From a virus: a stretch of DNA of 64,000 bases. The notes beneath the pieces are model-generated. The model saw only the letters and a program-made list of their open reading frames with translations. It did no database searches and was not told the DNA's origin. Both the position numbers and the translations under genes were made by a program. The number at the start of each line of letters is the position of its first letter. Within the stretch, counting starts at the first letter, position 1. Positions 57,457 through 64,000 of the stretch are shown in pieces. The stretch lies in the IMG/VR virus record IMGVR_UViG_3300027675_000005, positions 5,236 to 69,235 of that record. One strand, given 5' to 3'.

Positions 57457-57807
57457 ATGTTTAGAATCGAAGCCTTCTGTGACGATAAAAACCTACCGCG
57501 CGTTCTTCACGCGCTGATGGGACTCGTCCATGGCCAGCCCGCTATCCAGCCGGTAGCCAACGCGAAAGTAAAGAAGGGAGAAGTTCGCGCTAAAGTGAAC
57601 GGTAACCTTCCTGAGTTGTTCTCAGTGTACATCAAGAAAAATAAACTTGAAGCAGTAACGCCTACAAACATTAAAGCGTTCGCCGTTGAAAATGGTTACG
57701 CTGAAGGATCGTACAGTCTGTTTCTAAAGAATCTGATTCAGGCTAAAGTCCTTCGCAGAAACCCTAAAACACATGGGAACAAGACTAGCTATGTGGTGGT
57801 GAAATAA
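57457..57807 (+). CDS. Hypothetical protein, possible winged helix
   Basis: AACGGAG RBS. Confidence 0.6.
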   Translation: MFRIEAFCDDKNLPRVLHALMGLVHGQPAIQPVANAKVKKGEVRAKVNGNLPELFSVYIKKNKLEAVTPTNIKAFAVENGYAEGSYSLFLKNLIQAKVLRRNPKTHGNKTSYVVVK

Positions 57808-58085
57808 TGGCCCGCCGCAAAAGCAACGGATCTCCACCCATCTACGGAGCTTATAGATTCCGTGAAAAGGATCCTGCAATCGATGAATACAGAACGCTGG
57901 TTGAGGACTACTTCGGTCATCGCGTTAACAGCAAGGCTCTCACAGCTATTACCGAAGCGGGCGGTCCCACCTCCGGAACAATGGGCTCGTGGTTTTTTGG
58001 CAAGACACGTCGCCCGCAAAGCGCAACTCTCGAAGCCGCAGGCCGCGCCCTCGGATACAAAAGGAAATGGGTAAAGATGACATGA
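57807..58085 (+). CDS. Cro/XRE-like HTH protein
   Basis: TMGSWFFGKTRRPQSATLEAAGRALG. Confidence 0.7.
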   Translation: MARRKSNGSPPIYGAYRFREKDPAIDEYRTLVEDYFGHRVNSKALTAITEAGGPTSGTMGSWFFGKTRRPQSATLEAAGRALGYKRKWVKMT

Positions 58086-58369
58086 GCACAATTCGAAAAG
58101 TTGATCCCAACAATTACGACATTCCAAAAACAGGTAGTCCTATACTACATCAAAACTTGGAATGGTATGCTACAGATGACGATAAGGTACTTGGAGTTGT
58201 GATTCTTGACCTTGTCGATAAAGACTATAGCTGGGTAGTGTTGACAGACACTCCAGAAGACACCCCAGGCTATTGCTGTGTCAATATGGCTGCGTCGCTT
58301 CGTAGTCAAGACGAAGCTACGCGAATTCTACATTTAGAAATGTTAAAGCAATGGGGGCAGATGAAATGA
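58082..58369 (+). CDS. Hypothetical protein
   Basis: EWY...LGVVILD..DKDYSWVVL motif. Confidence 0.6.
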   Translation: MSTIRKVDPNNYDIPKTGSPILHQNLEWYATDDDKVLGVVILDLVDKDYSWVVLTDTPEDTPGYCCVNMAASLRSQDEATRILHLEMLKQWGQMK

Positions 58370-58782
58370 ATCTCTACTATATCGACTCCGGAGAGACTCG
58401 GTTCTATTCTAAAATAGCGGACGCGCAAAACGCCGCTCAAGAAGAAGCAGACAAAACACGCCGACAAGTATTAGTGACTCGGATGTTTATTGCAACCGAT
58501 CGCGACAACGTTGCTCGTCTAGCAAACAAAGAAAATGGATTTAGTAAATTCGTTGGGCGGGTCTGCGTAGTGGAGCCCAGGAAACGCCCGAAGTTAAAAC
58601 TGAGAAAAGTTGCGGCAGCACTAGCTTTCTTCGCACTGCTATCGCCGAACCTTGCCGACGCTGCCAGCTGCACTACGCGGAAGAGCGGTTCGGTAATTAT
58701 CACCACCTGTGATAGTAAAAATTCCTATTCACAATGTCGCAGCTACAAATCAGGGAGCGTCGTTAAGACGCATTGCCGATGA
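58366..58782 (+). CDS. Hypothetical protein with C-terminal Cys repeat
   Basis: KSGSV..T.C occurs twice. Confidence 0.5.
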   Translation: MNLYYIDSGETRFYSKIADAQNAAQEEADKTRRQVLVTRMFIATDRDNVARLANKENGFSKFVGRVCVVEPRKRPKLKLRKVAAALAFFALLSPNLADAASCTTRKSGSVIITTCDSKNSYSQCRSYKSGSVVKTHCR

Positions 58783-59003
58783 CGCAACTAGAATTTGATT
58801 ACCAACCCTCTGGCCCTGAAATAGAAAAGGCCGATTATTACGAGGCCACATTCTGCAACGACATCGAGGGGGGCATACACATCTTCTCGTTCCGAGCAAA
58901 CGGAACGATCATCTGTGAGACAAGTTTATCCGCGAAGGCAACGTTAAGTCTTGTTGAGTACTGTAGAAATCACCTCTACCAAAAAGCAACCAGGAGAGAG
59001 TAA
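58779..59003 (+). CDS. Hypothetical protein
   Basis: Operon packing. Confidence 0.5.
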   Translation: MTQLEFDYQPSGPEIEKADYYEATFCNDIEGGIHIFSFRANGTIICETSLSAKATLSLVEYCRNHLYQKATRRE

Positions 59004-59500
59004 TGACTGATAATGAAAGAATCGCTAGTCTGACAACGGGAGCAATCAAAACCACAAGTGAGAAAGCCATCAAAGCAATGATGGACGCTGTGGAAGCAGC
59101 AGAAGAAAAAACCAAGGAGATGCGTGATATAGCAGTTCAACACGCCGCGGATCTTACAGAAAGATTTACCGCTCACGTAACATCCTGTCAAGCTGCGCTC
59201 GAATCGTTCCATCAAGAACATCTTCAACTTCTTACTGCTGCTCAATCAACGACTCAGGAGATGCGAAAAGCATCTGAGGAGTATAAAGTCGAATTTGAGC
59301 AGACGACTAAACTCCTTGCTGAGAACGTTAACGCGCATGTGGTGTCCTGTCAAGCAGCCATCGACTCCATTCAAAAACACCATTTGAATATTCTCAATGT
59401 TGAACCGCAAACTGGTCAGAATGGCAATAGTGAAGACCACATTAAGATGGTCGAGGAATTGAATAAGCTTCGAGTTTATTCTCCAGAGGAGAAGAGATAA
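59003..59500 (+). CDS. Coiled-coil protein with internal duplication
   Basis: AHVTSCQAALESF..HL / AHVVSCQAAIDSI..HL. Confidence 0.65.
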   Translation: MTDNERIASLTTGAIKTTSEKAIKAMMDAVEAAEEKTKEMRDIAVQHAADLTERFTAHVTSCQAALESFHQEHLQLLTAAQSTTQEMRKASEEYKVEFEQTTKLLAENVNAHVVSCQAAIDSIQKHHLNILNVEPQTGQNGNSEDHIKMVEELNKLRVYSPEEKR

Positions 59501-59519
59501 TTCTTAGCAAAAAAGACAC

Positions 59520-59549
59520 TTGCCCTCTGACCGGGGCAAGTGTTACACT
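59520..59549 (+). promoter_or_regulatory. sigma70-type promoter overlapping a palindrome
   Basis: TTGCCC-N18-TACACT; CTTGCCC/GGGCAAG inverted repeat. Confidence 0.55.
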
Positions 59550-59578
59550 GCTAGCGCGTAACCCAACGGAGGACGACA

Positions 59579-59785
59579 ATGTTACCGCCCTGCCAGAAAT
59601 GCGCCTGCCCCTGCGAGCTTCCCGAAGACGATTATGGTGAGTTCATTTGTCAGTCGTGTGTTGACAATGCAAATGAACTTGCTTACGAACGCCACATTGA
59701 GTCGTTCCATGATGGTGGCTCAACGCAATGGAAGACTCTCATTCAACAGCAGATCGAAGCCAAACAAATGAAGCTGTGGAAATGA
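59579..59785 (+). CDS. Small zinc-finger protein
   Basis: CQKC...CQSC; AACGGAGG RBS. Confidence 0.6.
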   Translation: MLPPCQKCACPCELPEDDYGEFICQSCVDNANELAYERHIESFHDGGSTQWKTLIQQQIEAKQMKLWK

Positions 59786-59979
59786 TTACCACTGAGATGG
59801 TTCATTTCCGACTATTTCAAATGCCGTGCTGTGGGCAGATGCTATGCTGGGTGAATCCACGTCTACCTAATTTCTGCCCGGAATGTGGTAATCGTACACT
59901 TCTGGATTTGAAAAGCGGAGAGTACACCCGAGTTAGTGATAAAGAAGCAACACTCAGGATGAACAATGAAAAAATCTAA
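59782..59979 (+). CDS. Small zinc-ribbon protein
   Basis: PCCG...FCPECG. Confidence 0.6.
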   Translation: MITTEMVHFRLFQMPCCGQMLCWVNPRLPNFCPECGNRTLLDLKSGEYTRVSDKEATLRMNNEKI

Positions 59980-60376
59980 TAAAGTAAATAATAATTTCAA
60001 AGGCGCACATAGCGAATTGATTGCATGTGTTTGGTTAATGGGTCAAGGCTACGAAGTCTATCGAAATATTTCGCCTAGTGGTCCGATAGATATTATCGCC
60101 ATAAAAGATAATATAATTTCTAAATTTGATGTTAAATCGTGTCCCGATATTGATAAAGCTAGACCAACAGGAATTTCAAAAGATCAGATAGAACAAGGAA
60201 TTCAACCATTATACGTTGATCTTTTAGGAAAATGTGTTATAGGAATTAAAATTAAATGTAGATCATGCCAGAATGAGTTTGAAGGTCTTGCTGGTTATTG
60301 TTCTGATTATTGTAGAATAAAAGGTAGAATTGAATGGGAAACTAAAAACGGCTATAAGCCCCGTACAGCGGTTTGA
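59966..60376 (+). CDS. PD-(D/E)XK endonuclease (homing-endonuclease-like), AT-rich
   Basis: GAHSE...IDIIA...DVKS; C-terminal CxxC..YCS..C. Confidence 0.7.
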   Translation: MKKSNKVNNNFKGAHSELIACVWLMGQGYEVYRNISPSGPIDIIAIKDNIISKFDVKSCPDIDKARPTGISKDQIEQGIQPLYVDLLGKCVIGIKIKCRSCQNEFEGLAGYCSDYCRIKGRIEWETKNGYKPRTAV

Positions 60377-60416
60377 ATATGTTGCACTACCGCTACAGCG
60401 GCTAACGTGATTTCTC

Positions 60417-60438
60417 GCTGTGCGGGCCCCGCTAGCGG
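60417..60438. repeat. Right arm of the long-range inverted repeat
   Basis: Matches 55496-55517 in inverted orientation. Confidence 0.8.
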
Positions 60439-60452
60439 CTACAGCCCCGATC

Positions 60453-60492
60453 AAAATAAGCCCCGCGCGGCAGTTAGCAGCGCGGGGTTTAT
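60453..60492. terminator. Probable bidirectional terminator between convergent operons
   Basis: ATAAGCCCCGCGC...GCGCGGGGTTTAT. Confidence 0.6.
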
Positions 60493-60583
60493 CGTATGTA
60501 ACCGCTCTACGGCAGCGGCATAGGGTAGTCGGCAGGCAGAGGAACTGGAGCCGTACACCCTCCAGGACGACAGATAACTTTTA

Positions 60584-60775
60584 TCATCTCATACTCCTTT
60601 CGTCTTGACAGTCGTTACGTTGAGACTCAGGTGGGATCCACATATTCTCAACGTGATACCAACCCACCTTGACCCAATCCGGTGCTTCTATTATTTTTTC
60701 TTCAGGGTGAGTAAGGGGTAGGGTTGGAACATTGGTGATCGAAACGACTTGAGCATACCTAACGATCACTTTCAT
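60584..60775 (-). CDS. Hypothetical protein
   Basis: APDWVKVGW.....W.PP motif like tail fibre assembly proteins. Confidence 0.45.
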   Translation of the reverse strand: MKVIVRYAQVVSITNVPTLPLTHPEEKIIEAPDWVKVGWYHVENMWIPPESQRNDCQDERSMR

Positions 60776-61142
60776 TCTGTTCTCCGTTTCGTTCTAGTTC
60801 CCAGATTCGTTTTCGTAATTCCAAGATAAGTTTTTCACATTCTTTGGCGTAATCTTCTTTCTGTCTTGCCAACTGTATGAAGCTAGCTACCACAGCGGGG
60901 CTCCACGTCGTCTTAGCGCAATTTACACAGAAGATCTGCCAACCGACTTTAGCGTCGTTGACACCTCCGCAGATAATACATGGGGGATCTGCCACCTCGG
61001 TATCCTCCATGAGCCTACGATAACGTGGGCGAGTCTTTCGTTCAGAGCGATGCGCCCAGTGGCGACTAACTTCGTAACGGTGCCGGCGAGCGGAGTTTGG
61101 TAACCAGTTTATCGAGCTTTGCTTCTTCTCTATCGAGCTCAC
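60759..61142 (-). CDS. Hypothetical zinc-finger/coiled-coil protein (start uncertain)
   Basis: CIIC...CVNC. Confidence 0.45.
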   Translation of the reverse strand: MSSIEKKQSSINWLPNSARRHRYEVSRHWAHRSERKTRPRYRRLMEDTEVADPPCIICGGVNDAKVGWQIFCVNCAKTTWSPAVVASFIQLARQKEDYAKECEKLILELRKRIWELERNGEQNESDR

Positions 61143-61266
61143 GATAAGGATCCTGCTCGGGATGCAGTTCTTTTAACCGTTCCAGTAAATGATCTTTATG
61201 GCCACGACCAAAGACTCGAATCGGTGCATCGTGTTCAGCTTCGTAGTCAGGTCTCGGCAGTGACAT
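61066..61266 (-). CDS. Hypothetical protein
   Basis: LLERLKELHPE motif. Confidence 0.45.
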   Translation of the reverse strand: MSLPRPDYEAEHDAPIRVFGRGHKDHLLERLKELHPEQDPYRELDREEAKLDKLVTKLRSPAPLRS

Positions 61267-61359
61267 CAGCAACCCTTACAGATTGGCGGAGGTGGTGGAG
61301 GCAGAGGCGGTAGAGGTGGAACATCTCGACTGTAGGGCCTCAGCGGACCGCGTCTCCGC

Positions 61360-61536
61360 TCATCGTATAGGGGAGCCGTACACCGAGATCCCGAGAATGC
61401 CAACTAGAATGAACAGAATGATCCACGAGCCGAATGGCGCCCATGGATACTGCTGTGCTCGCCACGGTCCCATACCCGCGATACCGAGAACGCCAACGAT
61501 GACGTAGATCAACCAGAACCAGATATTTGCACCCAT
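61360..61536 (-). CDS. 58-aa two-TM membrane protein, holin candidate (absent from the ORF track)
   Basis: MGANIWFWLIYVIVGVLGIAGMGPWRAQQYPWAPFGSWIILFILVGILGISVYGSPIR; AAGGAG SD. Confidence 0.6.
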   Translation of the reverse strand: MGANIWFWLIYVIVGVLGIAGMGPWRAQQYPWAPFGSWIILFILVGILGISVYGSPIR

Positions 61537-61550
61537 GACAGTCTCCTTGC

Positions 61551-61889
61551 CTATGTTGAAGAGATTCCTTCAGCTAACTTTTCTTCAAGTGCAGTTAATC
61601 GTGTTTTAACATCTCTTAATACAGTTTCAACATCACTTAATCGAAGCTCGTGATCTTCTAACATTATCTTTTCAGGCGAAGGTTGGGGTATTTCAGTTGA
61701 GACTGGCATCGGAGGAGGGGGTGTATAAACACCATCGATGTAGGTACCGCCAGGCGACATCGGCGTTGCGGTTTCCTCTACTATTGAATGCCCTGCTGGA
61801 ATCTCCCATTGGTCAGGATCATTTAACAGGATCCGATTAACAATACTTCCGGTTGTGTCATCAATGACAATATAGGTACTCATCGGCAT
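61551..61889 (-). CDS. Tail fibre assembly-like protein with coiled-coil
   Basis: IVNRILL..W..P.G...GGTY.DG.YTPP. Confidence 0.55.
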   Translation of the reverse strand: MPMSTYIVIDDTTGSIVNRILLNDPDQWEIPAGHSIVEETATPMSPGGTYIDGVYTPPPPMPVSTEIPQPSPEKIMLEDHELRLSDVETVLRDVKTRLTALEEKLAEGISST

Positions 61890-61892
61890 CCT

Positions 61893-62672
61893 CTATTGTG
61901 TACAATACTCGGTGATATAAACAACACCTTGAGCTCCCCATCCTCCACCAGCAGCGCCTGCCGTACCAACACCCCCACCCCCACCTCCACCCCAACCAGT
62001 CGCATTATAACCATTGACGCTTCCTCCAGAGAAGAATCCCGGTGCGCTACCGCCAAATATAGAACTTCCTCCATTACCACCAGTGCCTAATATATACGAT
62101 GCATTTCCACCAGCGCCGGGGTGACCGGGCATCCCAGTCGAACAAATATCTCCTACCCCAGCTTGTCCACCATTAGCACCGTTTCCTGGATAATAAGGCG
62201 AAGTAGTACCACCTCCACCCCCACCATAAGCTATACATAATGATCCAACTGATGACGCTCCACCTGTTATTCCGTCTCCTCCACCGCCGCCTCCAGAACC
62301 CTGAGCACCAACTGTGACTGGTTGTGATGCTCCAATCTGAGCAGCAGTACATAATTTGCGTGAATAGGCTCCAGAACCTCCCCCACCAGAACCGCACGAA
62401 AATCCACCAGCTACGTTAGGACCTCCAGCCCCGCCGCCAGCGCCAACACATTCGAAATCAGCATAAACCAATCCAGCAGAAGGAATGTAAGTTCCGCTTA
62501 CTAACCAGATGGATCTTTTAATAACTTTAATGGTTCCAGGTAATATTGGAACAATCGCGTTAACATTAGTCGTCCATTTTTCTCCATCCCAAGTGTACGT
62601 TGGAACACCGGCAATGGGTGACACGGGATACTTCTGACCAACAGATGGAGATGCGGGAAAGTCTATCGCCAT
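61893..62672 (-). CDS. Glycine-rich tail fibre protein
   Basis: MAIDFP N-terminus; GAGGGAGG...G.V.ITEY glycine-rich domain. Confidence 0.75.
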   Translation of the reverse strand: MAIDFPASPSVGQKYPVSPIAGVPTYTWDGEKWTTNVNAIVPILPGTIKVIKRSIWLVSGTYIPSAGLVYADFECVGAGGGAGGPNVAGGFSCGSGGGGSGAYSRKLCTAAQIGASQPVTVGAQGSGGGGGGDGITGGASSVGSLCIAYGGGGGGTTSPYYPGNGANGGQAGVGDICSTGMPGHPGAGGNASYILGTGGNGGSSIFGGSAPGFFSGGSVNGYNATGWGGGGGGGVGTAGAAGGGWGAQGVVYITEYCTQ

Positions 62673-62674
62673 TA

Positions 62675-64000
62675 TCAATCTCTCCCGCGACGGTCAATCC
62701 AACCGTAAGTGCCAATATAATAACTTCCGACTGTACCCGCTTGAGCAACAACACCGATCTGAGCAAAATAATCAGATCGAATTGTAAAATCTCCAGATAC
62801 CTGACCAGTAGATCCAACTGCCGCTAATGATACAGCATTCGCATTACTTGTCTGAGTTCCACGAGCCCACGGATAAAAATAAACATATGAATTACCACTA
62901 TTCACCATCAGTGCAGTAAATTTAGCCCAAGTAACAATTCCTGACGGAATAGATAAAACTATCGGTGTCGGAGCACTTGTTAATGTAACACCGCTCCAAT
63001 CAGCGGCTGTTGTTAACCATAGAAATTCATCTCCCTCTTGTGTAAATGGAATCCACTGGCTTGATGCATTCGACCTCATCGAACCAATACGACGGAATGT
63101 AGTGTATCCGGCAGGCAGAGTTGGGTTAGTTGGAGATCGTGATGTCAATACCTCCACCACACCTGTGTCGAGGCGTTTAATGACAAAGGCGTGGAGCCAA
63201 CCACCAGAACTCGGTGGGGCTCCGGTACCATCAAACGATCCTTGACCATTGCCTAAAGCCCAGGCAGCAGACGTTTTTGTGATAGGTCCAGGAAGTGAGA
63301 TGTAATCGGTATTGGCACTGTTAGCAGCTTGACCCGGCCCGATACTGAATGACGTACTCGGTCCCGTACTGCCTAATATGAAACCGCTAATAAATCCACG
63401 TTGAACTCTAAATGCAAGATCAGGTTGTGGTGCAGCACTAACCCACTGAGTAGTATTTCCATCGTTGTAGTTAACATAGAGCTGACCAGTATCGCTTTCC
63501 CACCACAACGCATTGAGTGGCGCACCAACCGGCGCAGAATCAGAAACATACAAAGCCGGACCTGCCGGACCAGTAGCTCCGGGAATTCCTTGAATACCTT
63601 GGGGTCCTTGAGCACCAGCTGCTCCAGCTGGTCCTTGAATACCTTGGGCACCTGGAGGCCCAGTTGGTCCTGGTACTGTACTGTCGGCACCCGCTGGCCC
63701 GGTTGCTCCAGGTGCGCCGGTAGCACCAGTCGGTCCAGGATCACCCTGAGGCCCTGCCGGACCTGGCACCACACTATCTGCGCCAGTTGCTCCTGTTGGG
63801 CCTATCGGTCCTTGAATGCCTTGAGGACCCGCTGGCCCCTGTGGACCCGGGACAGTACTATCGGCACCTGTAGCGCCTATCGGCCCTTGGATGCCTTGGA
63901 TACCTTGGTCACCTTGAGGACCTTCTGGTCCTGTCGCGCCCGTCGGACCCGGATCTCCCTGTGGTCCCTCCGGACCCACCGGACCGGGCACTGTACTATC
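62675..64000 (-). CDS. Collagen-like tail fibre protein, start beyond the window
   Basis: Long G-X-Y repeats (GADSTVPGP); LWWESDTGQLY and LPAGYTTFRRIGS motifs. Confidence 0.85.
   Translation of the reverse strand, partial: DSTVPGPVGPEGPQGDPGPTGATGPEGPQGDQGIQGIQGPIGATGADSTVPGPQGPAGPQGIQGPIGPTGATGADSVVPGPAGPQGDPGPTGATGAPGATGPAGADSTVPGPTGPPGAQGIQGPAGAAGAQGPQGIQGIPGATGPAGPALYVSDSAPVGAPLNALWWESDTGQLYVNYNDGNTTQWVSAAPQPDLAFRVQRGFISGFILGSTGPSTSFSIGPGQAANSANTDYISLPGPITKTSAAWALGNGQGSFDGTGAPPSSGGWLHAFVIKRLDTGVVEVLTSRSPTNPTLPAGYTTFRRIGSMRSNASSQWIPFTQEGDEFLWLTTAADWSGVTLTSAPTPIVLSIPSGIVTWAKFTALMVNSGNSYVYFYPWARGTQTSNANAVSLAAVGSTGQVSGDFTIRSDYFAQIGVVAQAGTVGSYYIGTYGWIDRRGRD

Noticed and set aside
61265-61402. 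Embedded Pro-rich o-spanin ORF (…DVPPLPPLPPPPPPICKGC)
   Set aside because: An in-frame stop leaves no lipoprotein signal peptide or clear start.
1-64000. Prophage, integrase, tRNA or rRNA genes
   Set aside because: No host genes, recombinase motifs or tRNA cloverleafs were recognised by eye; a tRNAscan run would be needed to exclude tRNAs fully.
63560-64000. Tandem DNA repeat array
   Set aside because: Explained by collagen G-X-Y coding repeats.

Overview
Most of the genome of a tailed dsDNA phage, a myovirus with an HK97-type head and a Mu-like contractile tail and baseplate. The window is circularly permuted and both edges fall inside the tail-fibre region. The minus strand at 1-25.7 kb and 60.6-64 kb is the late/virion operon: a NusG-like antiterminator, TerS/TerL, portal, protease, capsid, neck, sheath, tube, tape measure, baseplate and collagen-like fibres. 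The plus strand at 26-60.4 kb holds early and middle genes: many small hypotheticals, primase-helicase, a Sak4/SSB/Cas4-like recombination module, an SF2 helicase, a DenV-like glycosylase, a complete 7-deazaguanine DNA-modification cluster (queE, gat-queC, queD, folE, dpdA, interrupted by MazG-like and nucleoside deoxyribosyltransferase-like genes), a sliding clamp and a family-B-like DNA polymerase. No integrase, CRISPR, tRNA or endolysin was recognised. The CTTG-N17-TA promoters suggest an alphaproteobacterial host (inference). The least explained signals are: (1) a structured RNA upstream of terS whose loop is complementary to an AACGGAG ribosome-binding motif used by about 19 phage genes; (2) two six-unit ACTCG repeat arrays with matching spacing; (3) a pair of covarying intergenic RNA elements; (4) a switch-like RNA; (5) a long-range inverted repeat; (6) a strikingly cysteine-rich virion. 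All calls were made by eye from motifs and synteny; no database searches were run.
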